64,000 nt of DNA, from positions 32,001 through 96,000 of the IMG/VR virus record IMGVR_UViG_3300032020_000845; one strand, written 5' to 3'. The DNA is from a virus. This document shows, in pieces, positions 1 through 10,066 of the stretch (positions are counted from its first letter, which is position 1; each line of letters starts with the position of its first letter). Below the pieces are notes generated by a model, which was not told where the DNA came from, searched no databases, and saw only the letters and a list, made by a program, of their open reading frames with translations. Made by a program: the position numbers and the translations under genes.

Positions 1-2
1 TG

Positions 3-512
3 CTTAGTGGGTGTGAATTTTTAGTCTATGGAATTAAAGAAGAAGGTGTAGGGAAGAAAAAGAAAATTTTTAACGCTGATTTAAAAGTAGGAAGTATACA
101 AGAAATATTTATTGCTGCAGATAAGGCAGGAACTATTCTTAACAAATATATGCAAAGATTTTATGGGAAAAAATCTCTTTCGGAAATTATACAAATAGCT
201 GAAATAGAAATAAAAGAAAAATTAGATGCTATATTACAAAATGAGATTGTGAGATTGTGCGTCCCAAATATTATTACATATTCTGGAGGTCTTGGTAAAA
301 ATCGAATTCATCCTACTGAAAAGCCTGTAAAAATATTAAAATATTTAATAAGTATTTTTTCTAATGAAGGAGATATAATTTTAGATACATTTGCAGGAAG
401 TGGGAGCACCGGGGAAGCGGCTCTGTCTCTTAATCGTAATATAATTCTTATAGAACGTGATAGAAATCTTTGTGGAAAAATAGAAAATCGTTTGGAAAAA
501 TATAAAAAATAA
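3..512 (+). CDS. DNA N6-adenine/N4-cytosine methyltransferase, C-terminal part (5' end outside window)
   Basis: HPTEKP and ILDTFAGSGST (FxGxG SAM-binding) motifs; the frame is open from position 3, so the ATG at 150 is internal. Confidence 0.85.
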   Translation, partial: LSGCEFLVYGIKEEGVGKKKKIFNADLKVGSIQEIFIAADKAGTILNKYMQRFYGKKSLSEIIQIAEIEIKEKLDAILQNEIVRLCVPNIITYSGGLGKNRIHPTEKPVKILKYLISIFSNEGDIILDTFAGSGSTGEAALSLNRNIILIERDRNLCGKIENRLEKYKK

Positions 513-533
513 ACTAAAAGGAGGTGATAAGAC

Positions 534-722
534 ATGACAAATAATCAAGATCGTGAAATAAAGATAGTGGATTATTCTAATGGTAAAAGTGTAGTTGAGC
601 GTGTTAAAGGGGTGTCCCATGTAAGAAGCGGACAAGAAGTTTCAGAAGAACAAATTGCGAAATGGATAAATGAGGGAATAACTGTAATTCGTCGCAAAGC
701 GTCTGAAACAAGAGTATATTAA
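534..722 (+). CDS. hypothetical protein
   Basis: ORF with AGGAGGTG RBS. Confidence 0.6.
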   Translation: MTNNQDREIKIVDYSNGKSVVERVKGVSHVRSGQEVSEEQIAKWINEGITVIRRKASETRVY

Positions 723-816
723 CATTAGAAATTATAATTTTAAGTTAAGTACTATAACGAAGAAAAGTCAAGTAAAGTGATTAATGTTCAAATCTTTGAG
801 AAGAACTCAAAGAATG

Positions 817-850
817 AGCGGATAACTTTTTTGCGTTATCCGCTTTTTAT
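817..850 (+). terminator. Rho-independent terminator (preceded by a second hairpin at 793-813)
   Basis: perfect 10-bp stem AGCGGATAAC/GTTATCCGCT followed by a T-rich tail. Confidence 0.7.
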
Positions 851-893
851 TTATAAATAAGTATTGAAGATGTAAATAAAATAAGGGCTAAAA

Positions 894-1439
894 ATGCAAA
901 TTGATCCAATAGAATACGATTTACTTCTTTACACCTTAGAAAAGCAGCAGAAGGAAATTAAACGCCTTAGAAACCGAGCTGACTTTGAGGAACCTAAGGT
1001 GTTTACTACAAAGAACCAGAAGCATATAGAGCTGTCTATTCCTACGGACAACTGGACTTGCCAGCACTTCATTCGTTATTTTCTACAGCGATACAGAGCA
1101 GCATATGGTAAAAATTATTCTATGCAACCTTCAGCCTTTAAATTGGAGGCGTTTAAGATCACTCATTTTTGGCAAAGGCATAAAGATTTAACTAAAACAC
1201 AATTTAAAGACATGATTGATTGGTTGTTTGAAACCGTAAACGAGAATTATGAACTTAAAATGGGATTAATGACAAATGACAAACAATTAGAAAATTTTAA
1301 AAAATCTGCAACCAAAAATAAAAAAGATGAGTATAATATAAATGAAGAAGAGTTGAGAGAGGCTATTAAGAAACAGCCAAAGGTAGATATGACCACAAAG
1401 GAAGTAATGGAAAAGTTAAGAAAAGCAATAGACAAATAA
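894..1439 (+). CDS. hypothetical protein, possible replication initiator
   Basis: 181-aa ORF upstream of the DnaC-like loader; function inferred from position only. Confidence 0.4.
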   Translation: MQIDPIEYDLLLYTLEKQQKEIKRLRNRADFEEPKVFTTKNQKHIELSIPTDNWTCQHFIRYFLQRYRAAYGKNYSMQPSAFKLEAFKITHFWQRHKDLTKTQFKDMIDWLFETVNENYELKMGLMTNDKQLENFKKSATKNKKDEYNINEEELREAIKKQPKVDMTTKEVMEKLRKAIDK

Positions 1440-1460
1440 AAAGTAAAGGAAGGAAAAAAA

Positions 1461-1764
1461 ATGGAAAGACTTAAAGCTAAAAAAGGTTTAAAAGGGGGGC
1501 CCTGCGGTAATAATTCCTCTATCAGAAAGTGAGCCGGATAGATTGTTTTTTAATGATGTTGTTGACAAGCTTTATGGTCGTGATGTAAGAACTGAAAAAG
1601 AACTTAGTAAGGCATTTAACATTATGTGTAATTTACAAGACCATATGTTACTAGATGCCAAGTTAAACAAGGCTAAACTTGACCCCAACAATTCTAAAGA
1701 ACTACACACATTTCATGCAAAAGTTATTGCGAAGTATTGGCGTTCAAAAGATAAGGAAAGTTAA
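1461..1764 (+). pseudogene. small gene interrupted by a 1-nt frameshift at a G6C3 tract
   Basis: RBS and ATG at 1461 give MERLKAKKGLKGG; the +1 frame is open from 1492 to 1764 (GPAVIIPLSESEPDRLFF...). Confidence 0.5.
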
Positions 1765-1778
1765 AAGGAGGTGAAATA

Positions 1779-2009
1779 ATGAAAAAGCGAAAAGATAATT
1801 TTCAAGCGATAGGAAAAGCGATTGAAGCTCTTATAAAACAATACAAAGGAGAAGTTTGTTTTGTAGGATCCTTCTTCGTTTTTGATAAGGATGGAGAAGT
1901 TGTGGACGATAGAATGTTTGCTCATGGTACAAAGGATGGTATAAAAATATCTTTAGATTCTCTTAACGAAGAAGTTGCAAAAGAGAAAGATGATTTCATT
2001 AACTGGTAA
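1779..2009 (+). CDS. hypothetical protein
   Basis: ORF with AGGAGGTG RBS. Confidence 0.65.
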   Translation: MKKRKDNFQAIGKAIEALIKQYKGEVCFVGSFFVFDKDGEVVDDRMFAHGTKDGIKISLDSLNEEVAKEKDDFINW

Positions 2010-2022
2010 ATAAAGGAGGAAT

Positions 2023-2397
2023 ATGCCCTCTCAATTTAAAAATCTTGACCAAATTGCTCGAATTACATTTATACACACAACAGATTTTGAATCTGCTTTT
2101 AGTAAAGAAGATTTGCAAAGTGAAGAGTTTTTGGAAGAACAACGGAAAGAATTTCTTGAAGAAGGAAAGGTTTTAACTCTTGATGAAGTTAAGAAACATT
2201 ATGAAGGTCCTTTACGAACAGGTTGGATACTTATTTTATGGGTAGATAGAGAAAGGATAGAAACTTTATTGGATCGGAATTATATAAAACACATTCAAGA
2301 AATGAAACATTTGAATGAACAAGAAAAAAATGCTTTAATTAAAGAAGTGCAGAAAGTACTTGGACTTAATGGAATAAATCCAGATCCAGAAAGTTAA
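2023..2397 (+). CDS. hypothetical protein
   Basis: ORF with GGAGG RBS. Confidence 0.65.
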   Translation: MPSQFKNLDQIARITFIHTTDFESAFSKEDLQSEEFLEEQRKEFLEEGKVLTLDEVKKHYEGPLRTGWILILWVDRERIETLLDRNYIKHIQEMKHLNEQEKNALIKEVQKVLGLNGINPDPES

Positions 2398-2419
2398 AAA
2401 TAATGAATAGAAGGAATTT

Positions 2420-3169
2420 ATGTATTCAATTCAAGACATAGAAAAATTAAAAACAAAAATTTTAGACAACTGCCCAGAGTGTAAAGGTAAAGGCCGTTAT
2501 ATGACTCCAACTGGTTTTGTTTTATGTAAATGTATTGATGAATTCAGACGTTATATCGATATGGTTAACGCGAATATTCCTAAAAGTTTTTGGGATCTTG
2601 AGTTAGATTTCAAATATTTTACGCAGAAATTTAGGGATGAAAATAAACCTTCTTTAAATACTATCTCTGACTATTTAAGTCATTTACCTGATGCAATTAA
2701 AACTGGTGCTGGATTATATATTTATGGTTCTTATGGCGTAGGAAAGAGTTTTATTGGATGCTCCATTTTGAAAAAAGCATTAGAACAAAAGTTTAAAGCA
2801 TATTTTATTTTGCTTTCTGAATTAATTAATTTAGCTCATAGGGCTTTGAGGGATGATGAAATAAGGGCATTTCTTGATTATATGATAATGGAAGTAGATT
2901 TTTTATTAGTTGACGAAATAGATAAAAAATACAAGACGGATCTGATTGATGCTCTTTTAGATGAGGCGTTCAAAAAAAGGTATTATTCGGGCAAGCCTTT
3001 TATTGTTACTTCAAATGATAGTCCTACAAAGGTTTTAGACGGCTTTGGAAGAAGTGTTTGTGAAATTTTTTCAGAAAGAATAATTGAAGTTCCATTAGTT
3101 GGTGAAAGTTTTCGCCCTGAGATTTTAGAAGAAATCAAGAAAGGTTTATTAGGAGGTAAAGATGAATAG
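2420..3169 (+). CDS. DnaC/IstB-like AAA+ helicase loader
   Basis: N-terminal CPEC...CKC zinc site, Walker A GSYGVGKS, Walker B LLVDEID, VTSN sensor. Confidence 0.85.
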   Translation: MYSIQDIEKLKTKILDNCPECKGKGRYMTPTGFVLCKCIDEFRRYIDMVNANIPKSFWDLELDFKYFTQKFRDENKPSLNTISDYLSHLPDAIKTGAGLYIYGSYGVGKSFIGCSILKKALEQKFKAYFILLSELINLAHRALRDDEIRAFLDYMIMEVDFLLVDEIDKKYKTDLIDALLDEAFKKRYYSGKPFIVTSNDSPTKVLDGFGRSVCEIFSERIIEVPLVGESFRPEILEEIKKGLLGGKDE

Positions 3170-3463
3170 CCTTGTAATAAAACCAGAAGGTTGGGAATGT
3201 AATATTGAAGAATGTCCCCCAGGATTTTTTGTGTATAAGGGGGAGTTATGTCTTAAAACGGAATATGGAGATTGTGAGGCATATTGTTGTAGTGGAGAAA
3301 AGTTTGTGGGTGAAGGTGGAGGAAGAGAGACAACAAGAAATAAGTTAATAGTTCAGCCTTGTATTGCAGTTTGGGAAGAAAATAATTAAACAAGGATATG
3401 CAATGAAAGCCATTTCATAGAGATTTTAGAAGAAATTAAGAAAGGTTTATTAGGAGGTAAAGA
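3119..3463 (+). repeat. 44-bp direct repeat (3119-3162 and 3420-3463, one mismatch) flanking ORF 3162..3389
   Basis: GAGATTTTAGAAGAAAT(C/T)AAGAAAGGTTTATTAGGAGGTAAAGA present twice. Confidence 0.9.
3162..3389 (+). CDS. hypothetical Cys-rich protein
   Basis: ORF with RBS inside the first repeat copy. Confidence 0.6.
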   Translation: MNSLVIKPEGWECNIEECPPGFFVYKGELCLKTEYGDCEAYCCSGEKFVGEGGGRETTRNKLIVQPCIAVWEENN

Positions 3464-3898
3464 ATGAATATTTCAATAAAGGATTTTGGAAAAGATCATT
3501 GGTCTACATTTGCTTATATTGAAACTCTTTGCGTTGATAGCCCAAATTCGGAGGGTGTTGGAGTCATTAATGGGAGGAGAATGCGTTGCGATACAGATCG
3601 ACATCCGTTACTTGTTGGAGGACTGTATTCGTTTGCTGATGAGAAATATCCCACTAGACTTCGAGAAGGTAAAGAGTTATCAAATCATGATGATTGGGAT
3701 TGTCTTGAAGATTTAGAAAGAGAAGGTTTACTTGAAATTATTTCCTTAATAAACGGTTTTGTAAAGCTCACTGAAAAGGGCATAAAGATCGCCGGAGAAC
3801 TTAGAGGGCACAAGGCTAGAGGAGGAACATTTTCAACTTTTGTTCCTTCATGTATAGGAGAAAAGAAAGATGATGAAACCTCTGAAGGAAAAGTTTAG
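3464..3898 (+). CDS. hypothetical protein
   Basis: ORF with RBS inside the second repeat copy. Confidence 0.65.
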   Translation: MNISIKDFGKDHWSTFAYIETLCVDSPNSEGVGVINGRRMRCDTDRHPLLVGGLYSFADEKYPTRLREGKELSNHDDWDCLEDLEREGLLEIISLINGFVKLTEKGIKIAGELRGHKARGGTFSTFVPSCIGEKKDDETSEGKV

Positions 3899-4109
3899 GA
3901 CATATTACATCATACATGTTAATTGTGAACATGGTGGATGTGGATGTCACGAAGAAGCAAGGACAAACCTTCCCCATAGTATATTTGGTGGTTTGAGATG
4001 TAGTTATTGTCATAAAATCTTAGGGATATTTGATTGGAGAATATTGGATAAAGTTAAAGCTCGAGGAGATGTAGAAGCTCTTGGTATTTTTTATCGAAAG
4101 GAGAAGTGA
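3870..4109 (+). CDS. hypothetical Cys/His-rich protein
   Basis: ORF with CEH..CGC and CSYC. Confidence 0.5.
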   Translation: MMKPLKEKFRTYYIIHVNCEHGGCGCHEEARTNLPHSIFGGLRCSYCHKILGIFDWRILDKVKARGDVEALGIFYRKEK

Positions 4110-4547
4110 TTGGAAGATAAATTTAAAAAAGAATTTGTGGAAAAGTTAGTGGCTGAAGCATTACTTCCTCTTACTAAGGCTAACAATTGGTTAATGAAAG
4201 CAGAAAGTATAATGTTTAAGCATAGGTGGAACATGGTTGATGGTAAAAGTGATATAAGGAGAACTTTGGAAGAGTTTGAGGATAATTTGGAAAAAGCTTG
4301 GAAAGAGCAATATGAAAAATATGGAGTAGATCATGTTTTTAAATTGCCATTAAATGTTTACAAGGAAGTATGTGAGAAATTTATAAATGAACCTGGACTG
4401 AAAATTATTAAAGATTTTGTTCATAAAGCTACTAAAAACCCGTGGATGTATATTACGGATCCTCGGGATAACCCTTATATTTTAGCTGTTGGGGCATTGA
4501 TTAAAACATATAATATTAAAAATGTGGAATTAGAAAAAAATGTTTGA
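4110..4547 (+). CDS. hypothetical protein
   Basis: 145-aa ORF with AGGAG RBS. Confidence 0.55.
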   Translation: MEDKFKKEFVEKLVAEALLPLTKANNWLMKAESIMFKHRWNMVDGKSDIRRTLEEFEDNLEKAWKEQYEKYGVDHVFKLPLNVYKEVCEKFINEPGLKIIKDFVHKATKNPWMYITDPRDNPYILAVGALIKTYNIKNVELEKNV

Positions 4548-5094
4548 AAAATTATATTCAAAAAAATTTGATGTTATATTAGCAGATCCGCCTTGGGAAT
4601 ATAGTGCTTGGCAAGATGCTCCTAAGAAATGGAGAGGTATTGCAGCGTCAACACATTATGAAACAATGAAATTAGAAGATATTAAAAATCTTCCAGTTCA
4701 AACTCTTTGTAAAGAAGATTGCACTTTATTTTTATGGGCTACTTGTCCCAACATCCCATTTGCTTTAGAAGTAATTAAGGCTTGGGGATTTACTTATAAA
4801 ACTGTTGCTTTTGTATGGATTAAAGAAAATAGGAAGTCTAAAGGGTTATTTTTGGGATGTGGACATTATACAAGAGCAAATGCAGAGTTATGTTTATTAG
4901 CAACAAAAGGACATCCTAAAAAAATGTCTTCGAGTGTTCGTCAAGTAATTATGTCTCCGGTAAGGGAGCATTCTCGGAAACCTGATGAACAATATGACAG
5001 AATTGGTCAATTGTTTAGTGGAGATAAATTAGAATTATTTGCAAGGTATCAACGTGGGGATTGGTTTTCTTGGGGAAAAGAAGTAAAAGGTTAG
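4540..5094 (+). CDS. MT-A70 family adenine methyltransferase
   Basis: ILADPPW, LFLWAT, WGFTYKT, EHSRKPD and ELFAR motifs. Confidence 0.92.
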   Translation: MFEKLYSKKFDVILADPPWEYSAWQDAPKKWRGIAASTHYETMKLEDIKNLPVQTLCKEDCTLFLWATCPNIPFALEVIKAWGFTYKTVAFVWIKENRKSKGLFLGCGHYTRANAELCLLATKGHPKKMSSSVRQVIMSPVREHSRKPDEQYDRIGQLFSGDKLELFARYQRGDWFSWGKEVKG

Positions 5095-5095
5095 T

Positions 5096-6487
5096 ATGAC
5101 AAAATTTAATGATGTTGAAACTGAAAGGATTATTCTTGGTTATTTGTTTAAAGATACTGTTTATATAGAAGAGGCCGTTACTAAAATAGCTGTTTCAACA
5201 TTTTATGACGAAAATCATAAAAAGTTGTTTGATTTAATAAGCAGGTATTTTAGAAAGCACCATAAAGTATTATCTCGAGATATTTTAGAAAGATTTTTAA
5301 AGAAAAATGAAAAAGAGTTTCCTGTAGATTTTCAAATATCTTTGTTGTTATTATATGATGATATTTCAAAAATTCAAATAGATGATTCTGGATTTAGGTT
5401 TTATCTTAATGAATTAAAAGAATTAGAAATTAAACGTGAATTATATAAAACTGCTTCTGATGTTATTGATGACTTGGGTAGTGATAAAGAAGTAGAAGAA
5501 TCATTAGCAAATGTTACAGAAAGAATTTTACATATTAAAACACTTGATTCTTCGGAAGGGGTTACACGTAAATTACTTTATGGAAATACTGATGAACGTT
5601 GGGAAGCATATTTAGATAGAAAAAATCATCCTGAAAAGTATAGAGGAATTCCTTATGGAATGAAAGACCTTGATGAAGTAACTGGAGGTCTTTTTCCTTC
5701 AAAGCTTGGAATGGTCTTCGGGAGAATGAAGCGGGGCAAGTCGCGTTGGTTATTTAATGTTGGATGTAATGTTTCTGATTTAGGATATCGAGTTATGTAT
5801 GTTACCATTGAAATGGAATTGGCAATTCTTCAATTAATGTGGGAAAGTAGATACACAGGGATTACTCTTAATGATTTAAGAGATGCTAAATTAACTGAGT
5901 ATGAAGAAAAAATTTATCAAGATGCTTTAAATCAACTTAAAGAAAAAAAGTGTCCTTTTTCTGTTGTTGATATAGCTCGTGGAACAACTCCGTCGATGGT
6001 TGATTATGAAGTTATGTTGCATCAAAAAGTATTTGGAATCAAACCTGATGTTGTTATAATTGATTATGCGAACTTAATGAGACCAGATGAACGATTTGTT
6101 AAAGATCGATCAGAAAAGTATGATAATGTGTTTCGTGGATTGAAAGAAGTTGCGAGGGCTCATAATGTGTCTATTTTGACAGCAGCTCAACAAAATCGGA
6201 AATCAATAGATGTTCGAAGGGAAGAAGTAGATACTGAACATGTTGCTCTGTCAGATATGGCTGCAGCGCATTGTGATGTTGTGTTTAACATATGGCATGG
6301 AATGACTCCTGCAGAGGAATTTGCAATGCAACTAGCAAAACGAGTATATCTGAAGATTGTTGCAAGTCGTTATAGTGAATCAAAGACTATTGAATTGTTT
6401 GCTGATTTTAGTGTAAATTTTATAGGAGATTTAGAGAAATTGCAAGAAATTTGGAAAAAAGTAAGAAGAAATGATCAAGAATTTTAA
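5096..6487 (+). CDS. dnaB: DnaB-like replicative helicase
   Basis: N-terminal E..ILG domain, Walker A GRMKRGKS, TIEM, IIDYANLM, AAQQNR. Confidence 0.9.
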   Translation: MTKFNDVETERIILGYLFKDTVYIEEAVTKIAVSTFYDENHKKLFDLISRYFRKHHKVLSRDILERFLKKNEKEFPVDFQISLLLLYDDISKIQIDDSGFRFYLNELKELEIKRELYKTASDVIDDLGSDKEVEESLANVTERILHIKTLDSSEGVTRKLLYGNTDERWEAYLDRKNHPEKYRGIPYGMKDLDEVTGGLFPSKLGMVFGRMKRGKSRWLFNVGCNVSDLGYRVMYVTIEMELAILQLMWESRYTGITLNDLRDAKLTEYEEKIYQDALNQLKEKKCPFSVVDIARGTTPSMVDYEVMLHQKVFGIKPDVVIIDYANLMRPDERFVKDRSEKYDNVFRGLKEVARAHNVSILTAAQQNRKSIDVRREEVDTEHVALSDMAAAHCDVVFNIWHGMTPAEEFAMQLAKRVYLKIVASRYSESKTIELFADFSVNFIGDLEKLQEIWKKVRRNDQEF

Positions 6488-6499
6488 AAGGAGGTAGAA

Positions 6500-6838
6500 A
6501 TGAAATTGAAAATTTCTTATGCTACAACGGGTCCTTGGAAGGACGGTTTAGAAAAGAAAGCTTATCCAGAAGGATATAGGTTTTATATTTCTGTAGAAGA
6601 CAAGGGAAATGCTCCTACAAATCTCATTTTTGTTTATGAATATGATAGGGAAATGTTTTTTGGTGGAAATGATTATACGGGAGAATCTTCAATATATAAG
6701 TCTGGGGTTTTTTCAAATTTTGAAGAGTTAGAAATTGCAGAAAAAAGGTTATTGAAAAAAATTGCTTTGTGGTATGAGCAATTTAAGGTTGAAGATTCAA
6801 ATGGAACAGTATTACTTCCAAAATGTGTGCAATTATGA
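6500..6838 (+). CDS. hypothetical protein
   Basis: ORF with AGGAGGT RBS. Confidence 0.6.
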   Translation: MKLKISYATTGPWKDGLEKKAYPEGYRFYISVEDKGNAPTNLIFVYEYDREMFFGGNDYTGESSIYKSGVFSNFEELEIAEKRLLKKIALWYEQFKVEDSNGTVLLPKCVQL

Positions 6839-7097
6839 ATATTTTAATAAAAAGATGACCAAGAATTTTAAGAAGGAAATAAAATGAAAGCAGTTTGTGA
6901 AGCACATATAGCAATTATATATGAATATAATGATGATAGAATTTTATATAGAGAATTAAATGCTTATTGTCCAAAATTTTTAGATGAAATTAAAAGGAGT
7001 GAAAAAATAGAAATGCTAATAAGACTTCCTACTAAAGAAGAGGAGACGAGGTATAAAGACATATATTTAAAAAGAGAAATAAAAAAGGAGAATAAAG

Positions 7098-7298
7098 ATG
7101 TTGTATAGAGCAACAGATTATGAAGCTGCGAACAGGGGAGAAGCGGATGTTGAACATTATTATTGTAGTATGGTATGTGCCGAAGCGGCAGGATTTAAGG
7201 ATGAAGATTGCGAAGAATTATTTACGGAAGATGTAGAACCCGTGGAAATTTATTCGTGTGAAGAATGCGGAGAAGAGGTAGAAGTAGAGGATAAATAA
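7098..7298 (+). CDS. small acidic zinc-binding protein
   Basis: YCSMVC and CEEC motifs; AGGAG RBS. Confidence 0.55.
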   Translation: MLYRATDYEAANRGEADVEHYYCSMVCAEAAGFKDEDCEELFTEDVEPVEIYSCEECGEEVEVEDK

Positions 7299-7530
7299 AA
7301 GGAGGAAGAATGTGTAAAGAAAAAATAATCGATAAATTACTTATAGATCATGATGTCTGGGAATGTGGATATACACGCAGCCAACTGGAAGGTTGTTCTA
7401 AAGATTATCTAAAAAAATGGTTAGAGGATTTAGAGGAGGAGTAAGAATGTTGGAGATTCTTATATTTTGTGTGCTTGTATTTTTAATAATGCGGTGGGGC
7501 AGTCCATCAAGTAAATTATAAGGAGTAAGA

Positions 7531-7992
7531 ATGTTGAGAGTGATTTTAGACGTCAACGGCGACAGGATCGGTGAATTCCACATACTAAACGTTGGCATTC
7601 ACGGTGATGGCAAAAGACAGAAGAGAAAATATAGGGTTCAATACTTCAGAGAACTATTACCTCATGTCAGAGAAGCACTCTCGATAAAAGAGGGAGAGGA
7701 GTTTCAAATTTTAGACTCGAAGTTTTCGGTTATTCATTATAGAGAGGATGGAGCATTAGTTCTAGTTAAAAAAGTGTTAGATGAGTTTTTTAATCCTAAC
7801 AGGTTGATTAAGAAGAGGAACAGTGAAGGGAGTAAGAATGAAAAGAATAAGGGAGTAGAAAATAGAATTTGTGGGAATTGTAATGATTATTATGTTTGTA
7901 AATCAGATAGTAAAGTAAGAGAAGAAAAGTATTTGCCCAAAAATAAGAAAGGTTGTAAAGAGTGGATAAGAAAGGAGGCGCGAAGTGAGTAA
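7531..7992 (+). CDS. hypothetical protein
   Basis: ORF with AGGAG RBS. Confidence 0.55.
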   Translation: MLRVILDVNGDRIGEFHILNVGIHGDGKRQKRKYRVQYFRELLPHVREALSIKEGEEFQILDSKFSVIHYREDGALVLVKKVLDEFFNPNRLIKKRNSEGSKNEKNKGVENRICGNCNDYYVCKSDSKVREEKYLPKNKKGCKEWIRKEARSE

Positions 7993-8150
7993 GAGTATGG
8001 GAGATAGAAAGGTAATGAGTTTTACCGATCTACGAAATCTTTTGTCAAGTATTGCTTTTCTCGATATGTCAGTACTCGACATAGTTGTAGAGGCGGAGAG
8101 AAGATTTGGAAAAAGGGATAAGATCGGAAAACCAGGAAGGAGATAATGAG

Positions 8151-8444
8151 ATGGAAATAAAGGTTGGAACAAAGATAAAATTTCCAGAAGAAAAACAAAG
8201 ATATACTGTTCAATGTTATAATGAAAGGTATGTTATATGCACTAAACCACTTAATTGTTTAAAAACAGTTTTATATACAATAATAGATTTTAAAGAAAAT
8301 ATAAGGGGAGCAGAAGATTTAGTTCTTTGTATGGGTTTTGAAACTAAAGAAGGATGTCAAGAAGCATTGGAAAGATTGATAACAGGAGTATCTGAAGTTT
8401 CTTATAGGAATAGAATACCATTATCTATTGAATCTTTATCGTGA
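8151..8444 (+). CDS. hypothetical protein
   Basis: ORF; start placed after AGGAG near 8138. Confidence 0.55.
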   Translation: MEIKVGTKIKFPEEKQRYTVQCYNERYVICTKPLNCLKTVLYTIIDFKENIRGAEDLVLCMGFETKEGCQEALERLITGVSEVSYRNRIPLSIESLS

Positions 8445-8456
8445 GATAAAACAAAA

Positions 8457-9095
8457 ATGAAAGATTTTTCTAAAAAAATAAATTTAGCAGACCTTATATC
8501 TCAAATTGATATAGTGACTTTGATAGAAGAATATGGAGTGGGTTTAGAGTCTTCGGGAGATAATTTTATAGCTTTATGTCCTTTTCATCCAGATAATAAG
8601 ACAAAAAGTTTCTTTGTCTGTCCTTCTACAAATACTTGGCATTGTTTTGGATGTAAAAAAGGCTCGAGTGTTTTTGATTTTGTGATGGAAATGGAACATA
8701 AACCTTTTTGGGAAGCTGTGCATTTTTTAGCTGAGAAAATAGGATATGTAAATGTTTTTTCTTTAGATACTTTGAAACAAAGATTAGAAAGATTACACTC
8801 TGAAAAAAATAAAAACGGAATATCTGAATTTCGTAAAATTCGTGAGCATATTGAGAACTTAATATATACAAAAATTAAAGAAAATTATACTTTTACAAAG
8901 AATTTGTCTTTTCAAGATTATGATAAAAAGTTAAGAGATTTATGGAAGTGGTATGATGAGGGACAACGTTGGTTTGATTTACAAATATGTCATTATAAAA
9001 GTGGAGAAAATATTGATTTGAGTTTTTTGACTAAAAAATTACAATCTTTTTATTCGAAATTTTTAGAAAAATTTGAATGTCTTCCTTCAAATTAG
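8457..9095 (+). CDS. stand-alone primase zinc-binding (CHC2) domain protein
   Basis: CPFHPDNKTKSF...WHCFGC...VFDFVMEMEHKPFWEAV; no TOPRIM domain follows. Confidence 0.88.
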   Translation: MKDFSKKINLADLISQIDIVTLIEEYGVGLESSGDNFIALCPFHPDNKTKSFFVCPSTNTWHCFGCKKGSSVFDFVMEMEHKPFWEAVHFLAEKIGYVNVFSLDTLKQRLERLHSEKNKNGISEFRKIREHIENLIYTKIKENYTFTKNLSFQDYDKKLRDLWKWYDEGQRWFDLQICHYKSGENIDLSFLTKKLQSFYSKFLEKFECLPSN

Positions 9096-9562
9096 TGTAT
9101 TATAAGAATAGGAGATGTTATGAAAAAAGAAGTAACGGCTTTTTAGTAGATGGGTACAAATTTGTTGTGGATAATAAATGTTCCTCTTTAGGATGTTATT
9201 ATGGGGAAGATGATTGGACTGTTGAAGTTATTGCTGAAGATTTAGAAACTCTTCAAAAGTTAGCGATAGAAGAGATTGTAAAAAGTCGAGTTTGGGAAGA
9301 CGGAAAAAGACTTTATAAAATAACTTATTTAGAGTATAATGGAAGCAAGTATGTTGTAACTGAAGATGCATGTTCTCGAGAAGAAACTCAAAAAGTGTTT
9401 GGAGAAATTATTAAGTCGCAATATTATAAAGGGTTAATGAAATTACGCAAAGAAAACGATAAAGAGGAAGAAAGTAGAAAACAGAAACAATTGGATAAAG
9501 AAAAAGAATTGCAAGAAAAGAAACTTTATAAGGATTTAAAAAAGAAGTATGAAAAAGACTAA
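9077..9562 (+). CDS. hypothetical protein
   Basis: 161-aa ORF. Confidence 0.55.
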   Translation: MSSFKLVYYKNRRCYEKRSNGFLVDGYKFVVDNKCSSLGCYYGEDDWTVEVIAEDLETLQKLAIEEIVKSRVWEDGKRLYKITYLEYNGSKYVVTEDACSREETQKVFGEIIKSQYYKGLMKLRKENDKEEESRKQKQLDKEKELQEKKLYKDLKKKYEKD

Positions 9563-9598
9563 TTTTGAAAGTATTATTAAATTTTGGGGTGAAAAGTT

Positions 9599-10066
9599 AT
9601 GAAATGTTGTTTTGGAGGACTGTGTAGAGAATCTGAATATGTTAGTGTTGGAAAGGGCGTGTGCAGTTTTTTAATATTAGATTTAGGAGTATTACATCGT
9701 ACTGTTAGTATGGAGAAAGATGAATTGGTGTTAGATTTTACATCTCTTCTTTTGTTGTTGGAATTTATATTGTTAAATCCTTATTTATTTAAACATTTTT
9801 ATTCTCTTGAAGTATATGGATCTAATAATGATGTTTTAAAATATCTTAAACAAAATAAAGTTCCTGCGAAAATTAGATCTTTGAAGGAAATGGTGATGTC
9901 TTTTATTAAACAAAACCCATATGTAAAAGTTAGTTTTTTGAAAATTTCTAAAGAAACGAATCCGATATTTTTTAAAGTTGCTAGTTTGCCAATTGATATG
10001 AAAATGTCAGAATATGTTAAAAGTTTGATGGAGGTTATTAGTGATCCAAATAAAAATCAGGAATAA
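9599..10066 (+). CDS. hypothetical protein
   Basis: 155-aa ORF. Confidence 0.55.
   Translation: MKCCFGGLCRESEYVSVGKGVCSFLILDLGVLHRTVSMEKDELVLDFTSLLLLLEFILLNPYLFKHFYSLEVYGSNNDVLKYLKQNKVPAKIRSLKEMVMSFIKQNPYVKVSFLKISKETNPIFFKVASLPIDMKMSEYVKSLMEVISDPNKNQE

Noticed and set aside
723-893. Replication origin in the AT-rich gap with two hairpins
   Set aside because: No iterons or DnaA boxes are evident, and the hairpins are adequately explained as a terminator.
9599-10066. Possible degenerate RNase HI-like fold
   Set aside because: The resemblance is vague and the catalytic Asp motif is absent; it cannot be supported without a profile search.
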